A program made the translations under genes and the position numbers. From the NCBI GenBank assembly GCA_964016885.1, contig CAXHJY010001235.1, forward strand, positions 1-44,836: DNA of 44,836 nt, written 5' to 3'. Numbering within the stretch: position 1 is the first letter of the stretch; every line of letters starts with the position of its first letter. The notes below the pieces were generated by a model that was not told where the DNA came from, did not search any database, and saw only the letters and a program-made list of their open reading frames with translations. This stretch comes from Eledone cirrhosa. Taxonomy: Eukaryota. Positions 22,000-37,720 of this stretch are shown here, in pieces.

Positions 22000-23286
22000 G
22001 TGTTGGTGGTGGTGGTGGTGGTGGTAGTGTGATGGTGTGGTGGTAGTGGTGTGGTGGTAGTGATGGTGTGGTGGTAGTGGTGTGGTGGTAGTGATGGTGT
22101 GGTGGTAGTGGTGGTGTGGTGGTAGTGGTGGTGTGATGGTGTTGGTGGTAGTGGTGGTGGTGATGGTGGTAGTGGTGGTGTTGGTGGTGTTGGTGGTAGT
22201 GGTGGTGGTGGTGTTGGTGGTGGTGGTAGTGTCATGGTGTGGTGGTGGTGGTGTTGGTGGTGGTAGTGGTGGTGGTGGTAGTGGTGGTGTGATGGTGTGG
22301 TGGTAGTGGTGTGGTGGTAGTGGTGGTGTGATGGTGATGGTGTGGTGGTGGTGGTGTGGTGTTGGTGGTGGTGGTGGTGGTGATGGTGGTGGTGTTGGTG
22401 GTGGTGGTGTTGGTGGTGATGGTGGTGGTGGTGGTGGTGGTGTGGTGTTGGTGGTGGTGTTGGTGGTAGTGGTGGTGGTGTTGGTGGTAGTGTTGGTGGT
22501 GGTGGTGTTGGTGGTGGTAGTGGAGGTGGTGATGGTGGTGGTGTTGGTGGTGGTGGTGTTGGTGGTGATGGTGGTGGTGGTGGTGGTGGTGTTGGTGGTG
22601 GTTGTGGTGGTGGTGTTGGTGTTGGTGGTGGTTGTGGTGGTGGTGTTGGTAGTGGTGGTGGTGGTGTGGTGGTGGTGGTGTGGTGGTAGTGGTGTGGTGG
22701 TAGTGGTGGTGGTGTTGGTGGTGATGGTTGTGGTGATGGTTGGTGGTGATGGTGGTGGTGTTGTTGTTGGTGGTGGTGGTGTTGGTGGTAGTGGTGGTGG
22801 TGATGGTGGTGGTGTTGGTGGTGATGGTTGTGGTGATGGTTGGTGGTGATGGTGGTGGTGTTGTTGTTGGTGTTGGTGGTAGTGTTGGTGTTGATGGTTG
22901 TGGTGTTGGCGGTGTTGGTGGTAGTGTTGGTGTTAGTGGTGGTGGTGGTGGTAGTGGTGGTGTTGGTGTTGCTGTGCTGTTAGTGGTAGTGGTGATGGTG
23001 ATGGTGGTGGTGGTTGTAGTAGTAGTAGTGTTGGTGGTGGTGGTGTGGTGGTGGTGATGGTGTGGTGTGGTGTTGGCGGTGGCGTTGTTGTGGTAGTGGT
23101 GGTGTGATGTTGGTAGTGTGGTGGTGGTATTGTTGGTGTTGTTGATGGTGGTGTTGTTGATGTTGTTGATGGTGGTGTTGTTGATGTTGTTTTCCTTATT
23201 GTTGCTGTTGTTGTTGATGATGTTGTTGCTGTTGGAGCTGTCTTGTTGATATTGTTGCTGGTATTATTGTTGTTGTTGTTGTTGTT
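22000..23286. repeat. Degenerate (GGT)n grading into (GTT)n
   Basis: Directly visible trinucleotide tract of ~1.3 kb. Confidence 0.95.
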
Positions 23287-23384
23287 AGGACAATTCTAAC
23301 AGACTTCTTATCAAAGGCCTATCGTTTGTTTACTATCCTGTTTGTATTCATCAAACATAGTGTATCTAGGACTAAATTATACAA

Positions 23385-24050
23385 TGTGCCACATGATAAA
23401 AAGTCCCCCGCCCCACGCCAATGGTAGTGTTGCTGCCATGATAAAAAGCACCAAGTCCACTCTGTAAAGTGTTAATGTTAGTGCCATATGATAAAAAGCC
23501 CCTAGCCCATTCTACAAGGTGGCATTGCTGGTGCCTGTAAGGTGGTTTTGTTGGTGCCACAGGAAAATATCTTATCCCTCCTGTAAGATGATAGTGCTGG
23601 TGTCACAACAAAAAGCACCCAGTCCACCCTGTAAAGTGGTAGTGTTGGTGTCATGATAATACACTCACAGTACATACTGTAAAGTGGTAGTGGTGGTGTC
23701 ATGATAAAATGCTCATAGTACATACTGTAATGTGGTAGTGCTGGTGTCATGATAAAATGCTTACAGTACATACTGTAATGTGGTAGTGCTGGTGTCATGA
23801 TAAAAAAGCACCCAGTCCACCCTGTAAAGTGCTGGTGCCATGATCAAATACTCAAAGTACATACTGTAAAGTATTAGTACTGGTATCATGATAAAATGCT
23901 CACAGTACATGCTGTAAAGTGGTTGGCATTAGGAATCCAGGCATAGAAAACCAAGTTAAAAACAGAACATATGATGAGCAAGACATGGTCACATGACATA
24001 TCTAGCCTCAGTATGGGACAACCCATTCAACCAATGCCTGCATGGAAAAT
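23385..24050 (+). mobile_element. Decayed SINE 3' part with a tandemly amplified AAAAGCAC...CTGTAAAGTGG module
   Basis: Repeated module, then TTGGCATTAGGAATCCAG...CAACCCATTCAACCAATGCCTGCATGGAAAA tail. Confidence 0.7.
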
Positions 24051-24079
24051 CATTATTATAAAAAAAGAGCTGTTTCTCA

Positions 24080-25400
24080 GTCTGTCTCTCTGTCTGTCAC
24101 ACATATATGTATTTATGATTGTAGAAGGAGTGAAAAGAGAGGTAACCCCTTCTGTCTGTCTGTCACACATATATGTATATAGTACTGTAGGAGTGAAAAG
24201 GGGAGGTAACCCCTTCTGTCTGTCTGTCACACATATATGTATATAGGATTGTAGCAGTGAAAGGGGAGGTAACCCATTCTGTCTGTCTGTCACACATATA
24301 TGTATATAGGACTGTAGGAGTGAAAAGGGGAGGTAACCCCTTCTGTCTGTCTCACACATATATGTATATAAGATGGTAAGAGTGAAAGGGGAGGCAACCC
24401 ATGTCTGTCTGTCACACATATATGTATATAGGATGGTAGGAGGAGTGAAAGGGGAGGCAACCCTTTCTGTCTGTCACACATATATGTATATAGGATTGTA
24501 GGAGTGAAAGGGGAGGTAACCCCTTCTGTCTGTCTCACACATATATGTATATAGGATGGTAGGAGGAGTGAAAAGGGGAGGTAACCCCTTCTGTCTGTCT
24601 CACACATATATGTATATAGGATGGTAGGAATGAAAGGGGAGGCAACCCATTCTGTCTGTCTGTCACACATATATGTATATAGGATGGTAGGAGGAGTGAA
24701 AAGGGGAGGCAACCCCTTCTGTCTGTCTCACACATATATCTATATAGGAGTGTAGGAGTGAAAAGAGGAGGTAACCCCTTCTGTCTGTCTCACACATATA
24801 TGTATATAGGATGGTAGGAGTGAAAGGGGAGGCAACCCATTCTGTCTGTCTGTCACACATATATCTATATAGGATTGTTGGGGTGAAAAGGGGAGGCAAC
24901 CCTTTCTGTCTGTCATACATATATGTATATAGGACTGTAGGAGTGAAAAGGGGAGGTAACCCCTTCTGTCTGTCTCACACATATATCTATATAGGACTGT
25001 AGGAGTGAAAAGAGGAGGTAACCCCTTCTGTCTGTCTCACATATATGTATATAGGATGGTAGGAGGAGCGAAAAGGGGAGGCAACCCTTGTCTGTCTCAC
25101 ACATATATCTATATAGGATTGTAGGGGTGAAAAGGGGAGGGAACCCTTTCTGTCTGTCTGTCATACATATATGTATATAGGATGGTAGGAGTGAAAAGGG
25201 GAGGCAACCCCTTCTGTCTGTCTGTCACACATATATGTATATAGGATGGTAGGAGGAGTGAAAACCCTTCTGTCTGCCTGCCACACAAACACACACACAG
25301 GATTGTAGAAGGGGAAGCGACCCTTTCTCTCTGTCTGTCTGTCATACATATATGTATGTAGGACTGTAGGTGGAGTGAAACGAGGAGGTAACCCCTTTTT
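24080..25400. repeat. ~58-62-bp minisatellite, about 22 copies
   Basis: Unit TCTGTCTGTCACACATATATGTATATAGGATGGTAGGAGTGAAAAGGGGAGG(T/C)AACCCCT. Confidence 0.93.
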
Positions 25401-25675
25401 ACAAATTGAGAGGAAAAGGGAGATAACTTATGTTATGCTTATGATTTATTGCATGCTTAACAATCTACAAGGGTTAGAGGTAATATGGTAGAGATCTGTA
25501 GGAGGAGGGGAGGGTAAAGAGCCAGTGGGGAGGAGCATCTTGGTTTAGTAGATATGAAACGACAATGACGATGATGATGATACACGTGCACTCGTCTTCC
25601 ACACCACACAGCTACACTCTACCTATACTCCACCTCCACTCCCTGCCCAGTTCACTCAGCTTTGGTCATCTGGAC

Positions 25676-26053
25676 CAGTGGTGACCAACCAGTGGTTCAC
25701 AGATATGTGGTTACCAACCAGTGGTCACCAACCAATGGTCACCAACCAATGGTTCACGGATCTGTGGTCACCAACCAGTTGTCACCAACCAGTGGTCACC
25801 AACTAGGTCACCAACCAGTGGTCACCAACTAGGTCACCAACCAGTGGTCACCAACCAGTGGTCACCAACCAGTAGTCACCAACCAGGTCACCAACCAGTG
25901 GTCACCAACCAGTGGTCCGCGATAGAATTTTGGTGGTCAACAGAAATATTTAATGCTTATCTTTTTTTAAAAATGCATATTAATGGTCCGCAGGATTTAA
26001 AAAATTATTATGAATGTAGTGGTCCGCGAGGTCCAAAAGGTTGGTGACCGCTG
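25676..26053. mobile_element. hAT-family MITE with a tandemly amplified left TIR
   Basis: TIRs CAGTGGT(G/C)ACCAACC and GGTTGGTGACCGCTG; 8-bp TSD ATCTGGAC (25668-25675) / ATCTAGAC (26054-26061). Confidence 0.85.
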
Positions 26054-26107
26054 ATCTAGACATTACAGACAAACCTAATCCGCCATTATGTTAGCTTTCC
26101 AACAACG

Positions 26108-26198
26108 AATGGAGAGATGCCGTGCTGAATAAGACCCGTCCCACCCTTGCAAGCAGGGAAAAGCGGATGTAAAATGATGATGATGATGATGATGATGA
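26108..26198 (+). mobile_element. RTE 3' tail stub
   Basis: GAATGGAGAGATGCCGTGCTGAATAAGACCCGTCCCACCCTTGCAAGCAGGG then (GAT)n. Confidence 0.75.
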
Positions 26199-26361
26199 TA
26201 TACATACATACATATGAGAGAGAGAGAGAGAGAGAGGAGGTAGGAAGTCTTGTGGTTGACACTAGCTATTCATACGTATGTTCCAATCATTTTAAAGTAA
26301 AAAACCTGATCAAAATCCTTTCATTTTTACTTGTTTGCCACTCATTTTTTCTACAACCACA

Positions 26362-30070
<3,709 letters not shown>

Positions 30071-30408
30071 AAGCACAACAGATATACAAACGACGCCACT
30101 AAAGCCAATATCTCGCCATTTTCAATAACATTTTTAAATGACTTGCAAAAAAAAAAAAAAAAAAAGGACCATTACCCTACCCCCTCCCCACTATATTTTC
30201 ACACTCGTTACTGGAATGGGCCTCCGTCGGTATCGACAGTGAATGTTCCAGTTGTTTACGTAACAGAACAGTCTGTACATGAAATGAATTTAATTCTGTG
30301 ATTGTCTCCCCTGCGTCTTGCGTTTTATTTTGTTTTGTTCATACCAGTCATTATATATATATATATATTCTCTTCATTAAGGGTATAATTTTAATTAATT
30401 GATTATTA

Positions 30409-30575
30409 CCGTATTTCCCGGCCCCGAAGACGCTTCGTCCTCGAGGACGCACCCTAATTTTGACAACCAAACATTTGGAAAAAATGATAAACAACCTTCG
30501 GCTTCCAGGACGTATAGTAGATTTTTGAGACTTATTTTAGGAAAAAAAGTAGCGTCTTCATACGGGGAAATACGG
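30409..30575. mobile_element. 167-bp Tc1/pogo-type MITE
   Basis: TA-CCGTATTTCCCGG..GAAGACGC ... GCGTCTTC..CGGGGAAATACGG-TA (imperfect TIRs, TA TSD). Confidence 0.8.
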
Positions 30576-30699
30576 TAATTAAAAATTTTTGTGTCATAAC
30601 ATTCCGTATGTTAACACCTACCTTACTATTTATTTTCTAAATCTGCTGTTATAACTGCATACAAACCATGATTTCTGCGACTGATCGATTGATCTTTCG

Positions 30700-32585
30700 T
30701 ACTAAGAAGTTAGCAATAAATACTTCCAGATACTCAGGAGCAAAATCTCTCTCACTTAACCCCGTGTTGTTACTCTCACTCAAAATCTCTTTCGTTCAAT
30801 TCTACACTATTACTCTCACTTAAAGTCTCTCCCACTGAAAGCCCCTTTCGTTTAAATTCCTCTTTGATGTTCTGGTTCAAAATATCTCGTATTTGGATGT
30901 TAGCAATAAAAACTTTAAGTTACTCTCGCTCAAAGTCTGACTCAAAAGTTTTCCCCCTCAATTTCAGGGTGTTACTCTCGCTCAAAATCACTCTCTCGTT
31001 CAACTCCACGTTATTACTCTCGCTTAAAGTCTCTCTCACTGAAAGCCCCTCTCCTTTAAATTCCTCTTTGATGTTCTGGTTCAAAATCTCTCGTACTTGG
31101 ATGTTAGCAATAAAGACTTCAACTGACTCTCGCTCAAAGTCTGGCTTAAAAGTTTTCCAGGTTGTACTCTCGCTCAAAATCTCTCTCGTATTCAACTCCA
31201 CCTTATTACTCTCACTTAAATTCTCTTTCGTTCAAATTCCTGTTATTCTGCTTCAAAATCTCCCCTATTTGGATGTTAGCAATAAAGACTTCCCGTTACT
31301 ATCACTTAAAGTCTGGCTCAAAAACTCACTCACTCAACTCCGGGTTGTTACTCTCGTTCAACTCCACGTTATTACTCTCGCTTAAAGTCTCTCTCACTAA
31401 AAGCCCCTCTCGTTTAAATTCCTCTGTTATTCTCGTTCAAATTCTCTCGTACTTGGATGTTAGCAATAATGATTTCAGTTTCTCTCGCTCAAAGTCTGGC
31501 TCAAAAACTCTCTCACTCAACTCCGGGTCGTTACTCTCGCTCAAAATCTCTCTCGTTCAAATCCACGTTATTACTTTCGCTTAAAGTCTCTCTCACCCAA
31601 TCCTCTCTCGTTTAAATTCCTCCTTGTTATTCTGGTTCAAAATATCTCGTACTTGGATGTTAGCGATAAACACTTCCAGTGACTTTCGCTCAAAGTCTGG
31701 CTCAAATGTTCTCAGGGTTGTACTCTCACCCAAAATCTCTCTCGCATTCAACTCCACGTTATTACTCTCGCCTAAAGTCTCGTTCACTGAAAGGCTCTAT
31801 CGTTTAAATTCCTCTTTGTTATTCTGTTTCAAAATCTCTCGTACTTGGATGTTAGCAATAAAGACTTCCAGTTCTCTATCACTTAAATTCTGTTTGTTAT
31901 TCTGTCTGAAGGTCTTGCCCACTCAAATTCCTCATACTAGTTACTCTAGCCCAAAGTCTCTCTCACTCAATTCGTTGTTACTCTCACTCAAAGCCTCTTT
32001 CGTTTAAATTCCTCTTTGTTACTCTGGTTTAAAATCGCTCGTACTTGGATGTTAGCAATAAACACTTCCAGTTACTCACGCTCAAAGTCTGGCTCAAAAG
32101 CCCTCTCACTCAATTTCTCTCTTTGTTACCGTCACAAAATCTCTCCCTCTCAATTCTTTAATGTTACACTCGCCCAAAGTCTCTCCCATTCAATTCTTCA
32201 TTGTTTTTCACGCTCAAAGTCTCTCCCACTCAATTTCACTTTATTAGTCTAGCTAAAATTTTCTTTGTTATTCTCGCTCAGAATCTCTCACACTCAACCC
32301 CTCTCTTTGTTACTCTCGCTAACCGTATCTCCCACTCAAACCCTCTCTTTTTTACTCTCGCTCAAAGTATCTCCCACTCAACCCCTCTCTTTGTTACTCT
32401 CACTCAAAATCTCTCCCACTCAACCCCTCTCTTTGTTACTCTCGCTCAAAGTCTCACCCACTCAATTCTTCAGTTACTCTCGTTCAAAATCTCTCACACT
32501 CAACTCCTCTCTTTGTCACTCTGCCTCAAAGTCTCTCCCATAGTGAATTCCTAGTCGTTACTCTCGCCTCAAATCTCTCACACTC
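30700..32585. repeat. Degenerate higher-order tandem repeat (~170-205-bp units built from TTACTCTCGCTCAAA subrepeats)
   Basis: TTGGATGTTAGCAATAA recurs at ~30893, 31097, 31269, 31453, 31653, 31845 and 32045; decays into ~37-bp subunits after ~32150. Confidence 0.85.
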
Positions 32586-32925
32586 AGTACATACTCCAAC
32601 CGGTAACAACAATAACACCACCACCACCACCAACAGCAGCAGCCAGGTAAATGTGCTGACATCAGTAATGATGACTCCAACATAGAAAAAAAAAGGAGAA
32701 AATGGACGCTACATAGAAAATAGCAATGATGATAATGGTGATGATGATGACGACTATGATGATGTTGACGACGGCGATCATCCTCATAATGATAATGATG
32801 ATGGCAATGAAGAAGGAAAGAGAAGAAGAAGGCAAAGAAGAAGGCGAAGTAGAAGAAGAAGAAGAAGAAGAAGAAGAAGAAGGCAAAGAAGAAGGCGAAG
32901 TAGAAGAAGAAGGCAAAGAAGAAGG

Positions 32926-32977
<52 letters not shown>

Positions 32978-33219
32978 GAAGAAGAAGAAGAAGAAAGGCT
33001 GTACACACTAACTATATCAACAACAACGGTCTTAGAGGAAGATGCCAAGGAGAAAGATCGATAAATCGATCGATAGAACTCACAGGAAGTACCTAACAAC
33101 CCACATACCTAAACACATATACTTACACACATATACATATAGATATACATATACATGAATAGACAAACATAAAATATGTATGAATATATATATATATATA
33201 CACATATATATATATATAT

Positions 33220-33268
<49 letters not shown>

Positions 33269-33321
33269 CACATATATATATATACATATATATATATACA
33301 CATACACATGTATATATATAT

Positions 33322-33360
<39 letters not shown>

Positions 33361-33474
33361 CACATGTATATATATATACATATATATATATACACATACA
33401 CATGTATATATATATACACACATACACATATATATATATATATACACATACCTACACATATACACACATACACA

Positions 33475-33514
<40 letters not shown>

Positions 33515-33595
33515 GCAAGTATGTGTGTAATTCTGTTTCTGTGTAGTTAAGTATGTATATATGTACCTATTATATATATACATACATATATATAC

Positions 33596-33677
<82 letters not shown>

Positions 33678-33730
33678 CATAAATATACATATTATAATCT
33701 CTCTCTCTCTCTCTTTATATATATATAAAT

Positions 33731-33809
<79 letters not shown>

Positions 33810-33955
33810 TATATATACACGTCACATGATGCAGGAGGAACATGTGGAGAAGTGGAAATATCTTTGTTAGCAATCAGCCTTCTCATGCCTTTGTCTAGTT
33901 AGCGTTCATTCATTCGTTCTTTCTTTCCTTCTTTTTTCACTTCCTTTCTACAGCC

Positions 33956-34010
<55 letters not shown>

Positions 34011-34293
34011 ACCACCTCTCCACCGCCACCACCATATATCTTCTTCCTATATTTATGCTGAAACGTGCTACATGGATTTCTCTTAGAAATAGGCTACCTC
34101 ATGTGTATGTATGTATGTATGTACATGTGTATGCATGTATATGTATATTTGTGTATGTATATATATATATATATATATGTATACCCACCCAGAACTATAT
34201 ATCTTATATATGTAAATATATACACATCCACAATGCACATAATCAATAAGCATGTGTTTGTATGCGTACGGGTTTATATATATATATATACTC

Positions 34294-34384
<91 letters not shown>

Positions 34385-34388
34385 CATG

Positions 34389-34425
<37 letters not shown>

Positions 34426-34542
34426 GTATATATATATATACATGTAAAAAGATATATATATATACATGTAAATATATATATATATATACATGTATATATA
34501 TATATATATATACATGTATATATATATACATATAAATAATTA

Positions 34543-34596
<54 letters not shown>

Positions 34597-34647
34597 CATG
34601 TGTATATATATATATATATATATACATGTATATATATATATACACAC

Positions 34648-34691
<44 letters not shown>

Positions 34692-34735
34692 ATATATCAA
34701 TAATATTAATAAATGGAAGGTATCTTTATAAAACC

Positions 34736-34811
<76 letters not shown>

Positions 34812-34845
34812 ATAATATTAATAAATGGAAGGTATCTTTATAAAA

Positions 34846-34885
<40 letters not shown>

Positions 34886-35018
34886 AATTTAGAATTTAGC
34901 TTCGAGCATAGCTGTATACAGATATGTATTGGAATTTCGTATTTCTAATAAAATACGGTATGTTCATAAATAAACATTTAGAAAGCCGTAGCTATGCAAA
35001 AACACCGGCGGCTATCGC

Positions 35019-35084
<66 letters not shown>

Positions 35085-35380
35085 CGTGGGTGTGAGGTCA
35101 TGTATGTGGGTGCGTGTGTGAATTGTAGACACCTGACCATTCCGGCAGAGCTACCAATAAATAGCCATTGTTAACTTAAATGAATCTTAAATATCAGGAG
35201 TGCCCCTCCCCAGTGTGAACCTGGGTACAGACAGCTTGAATTCTTTTTGCCTTTGTTACTCTAAATATAGTTTTTAAAGAAATCCCTTTTCTTTAAACCC
35301 ATCAACCTCCACCCATCCCAACCACCACCCTCTCCTACCACCAGAAAAGGGATAAATACCAACATATTACTTGGACAGTC

Positions 35381-35431
35381 GGCTTCCTGATGATTTCTCC
35401 AGAATGAAACAGTTCTAGTCCTGTAGAAGCC
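35381..35431 (+). ncRNA. Type I hammerhead ribozyme motif (intact core)
   Basis: GGCTTC-CTGATGA-TTTCTCCAGAAT-GAA-ACAGTTCTAGTCCTGT-A-GAAGCC: perfect 6-bp stem I, short stem II, stem III ACAG/CTGT with central CTAG, GUA cleavage at 35425. Confidence 0.85.
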
Positions 35432-35450
35432 ATTTCTACATTATATATAT

Positions 35451-36070
35451 ACTATCCGAATTACCCGCGCCTTGCTGCGTTTCACACATTTTTTTTTTTT
35501 GTAAGAAAATGATGATTGATTTTAAATCAATAATATAATTTATGAAGAAAAATTCTGTATTTCAATATTACTCAATGTAAAATGTAATGCATGTAAAATT
35601 GGAAAACATTATTTTTTGTAATATATCAAATCAAAATTACATTATTAAATCTTATTCTTGTTTTGTTTCTTGTAAATAATTTTTTTCAAAATATCAATTC
35701 AAAACTTGATCATTCCATTTTTGTGTAAAGCATTATTTTCAAAATATCAATTCAAAACTTGATCATTCCATTTTTGTGTAAAGCATTATTTTCAAAATAT
35801 CAATTCAAAACTTTTGTAAATAGGCGTCATATATTGTCATTTACCTATGGTTTAAATTTCATATAAAGCTAATGGAAATAATTTTCAGCAGGGGTTTTCA
35901 GCGGGGGTTTGTGCCCCCGGGGAACCCTTTGATTAAAATGAAATATACTTATCCAAGTACCCTGGGCAATGTAGTTTCAGAATATATATGGTTATAGGGG
36001 TCTATCTCCAAAACCATAGGAGGAGTTCGTGAACAAACAAACAAACAGACAGGAACTACAACTGTATATG
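35451..36070 (-). mobile_element. Decayed non-autonomous Helitron
   Basis: Left end ACTATCCGAATTACCCGCGCCTTGC resembles the 17080 end; right end has (CAAA)n-CAGACA head; internal ~54-bp tandem repeat at 35680-35812. Confidence 0.5.
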
Positions 36071-36271
36071 CTAGCATTATACCTGTCAAAGATGACGTTG
36101 TTTTTAGTAAAAAAAAATCTCACAATTCCTTGATTACAATATTCTATGTAAAGATGGTTGAATTCCCAATATTCCTCAACCTTCTCCCCCTTATCACTCC
36201 AACCATCGCGATATTTCATTTTACATTCAATTAAATCAATTACAATTTTCTTCCATATTTCCTTTAATCAG

Positions 36272-36312
<41 letters not shown>

Positions 36313-36359
36313 CTATATATATTATATATATATATATCCCTCTATATATCTATTTTCAG

Positions 36360-36414
36360 GGTGCTATTGGGATTCATGCTTTATTGTTGTTATTGTCCGA
36401 AGATAGATATATTG
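36360..36414 (+). other. Candidate 55-nt internal exon of an unidentified host transcript
   Basis: TATTTTCAG acceptor and G|GTAAGT donor; two frames open; no recognisable homology. Confidence 0.35.
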
Positions 36415-36745
36415 GTAAGTGCACATTAAGAGATCGATAAATAGATAGCCATCGATAAACGACTGGCCATCTAGAAGGTGGATACGTCTTGCCAACACAG
36501 TATGAGGAAAATATAAGGAGGAAGATATCAAATCACATGCATGCCTAAATTACCACTTCCTAAACAAATCTAGCACAAAGTGGCCGGCACATGATATTGC
36601 ATTTTATTTTAATGATATATATATATATATAAATATAGTTTTCCATTTATTTAATATTGTAAATATACTCCAAATATTTGTCGAGTGCTTTTATATCAGT
36701 TATAAATATTTACTAGTTGTAACCCAACAATTTTAAATATAACTT

Positions 36746-36824
<79 letters not shown>

Positions 36825-36834
<10 letters not shown>

Positions 36835-36934
36835 CGTAAAATAAGAAAATTATAAAATTAACTTACTTACCAAAGGAGTGAAATTTTAGTAAGTAAATTA
36901 ATTTTATAATTTCCTTATTTTACGTCTCTCATAT
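36825..36934. repeat. 46-bp-arm fold-back hairpin abutting (TA)n
   Basis: ATATGAGAGACGTAAAATAAG...TTACTTAC pairs with GTAAGTAA...CTTATTTTACGTCTCTCATAT (2 mismatches), 18-nt loop. Confidence 0.9.
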
Positions 36935-37046
36935 TATTGTTCTGCAACCCCATGCATTGAACCACAAAGTTACTAAGACAAAACCTATATATTTGCTAGC
37001 ATTGATATGCATCTGTATGTATATATATGTTACTAGATATTAATTC

Positions 37047-37081
<35 letters not shown>

Positions 37082-37083
<2 letters not shown>

Positions 37084-37211
37084 CGAAGGAAATGTGGTAA
37101 GGAACCAGGTGGACCATAACGCACCAAAGTACTCAATACTTGGGGTAGTAGAGTGGGTAATAGGAACCAGTAAGACCCCGACGGCTCTCAGCCGTCGGGG
37201 TCTTACTGGTT

Positions 37212-37216
<5 letters not shown>
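37082..37216. mobile_element. Short element ending in a perfect 27-bp hairpin, embedded in (TA)n
   Basis: ATAGGAACCAGTAAGACCCCGACGGCT-CTC-AGCCGTCGGGGTCTTACTGGTTCCTAT (37160-37216); 5' part matches 11628ff and 44755ff. Confidence 0.85.
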
Positions 37217-37245
<29 letters not shown>

Positions 37246-37305
37246 GATTAAAAGTAATATTATATATATATATAAACACACACATATATACATATATAGA
37301 TACAT

Positions 37306-37368
<63 letters not shown>

Positions 37369-37404
37369 TACAGACACACACACACACCTATATACACACA
37401 CACG

Positions 37405-37442
<38 letters not shown>

Positions 37443-37592
37443 CACATAAATATATATACATATATTGTATATATATAAGCAAAAGGGATATTCAATTTGT
37501 TGGTAATTCAACAAATATAAATGTTTATAACTGATTCAGAGCACCCGACAGGTTTTCTGGAGTATAATATTCAATGATAATATATCCATCCA

Positions 37593-37632
<40 letters not shown>

Positions 37633-37655
37633 CCACCACCACCACCACCACCACC

Positions 37656-37718
<63 letters not shown>

Positions 37719-37720
<2 letters not shown>

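Noticed and set aside
32588-32646. Possible micro-exon (CTCAG|...CAG|GTAAAT)
   Set aside because: Content is mostly simple repeat and the acceptor derives from the tandem array.
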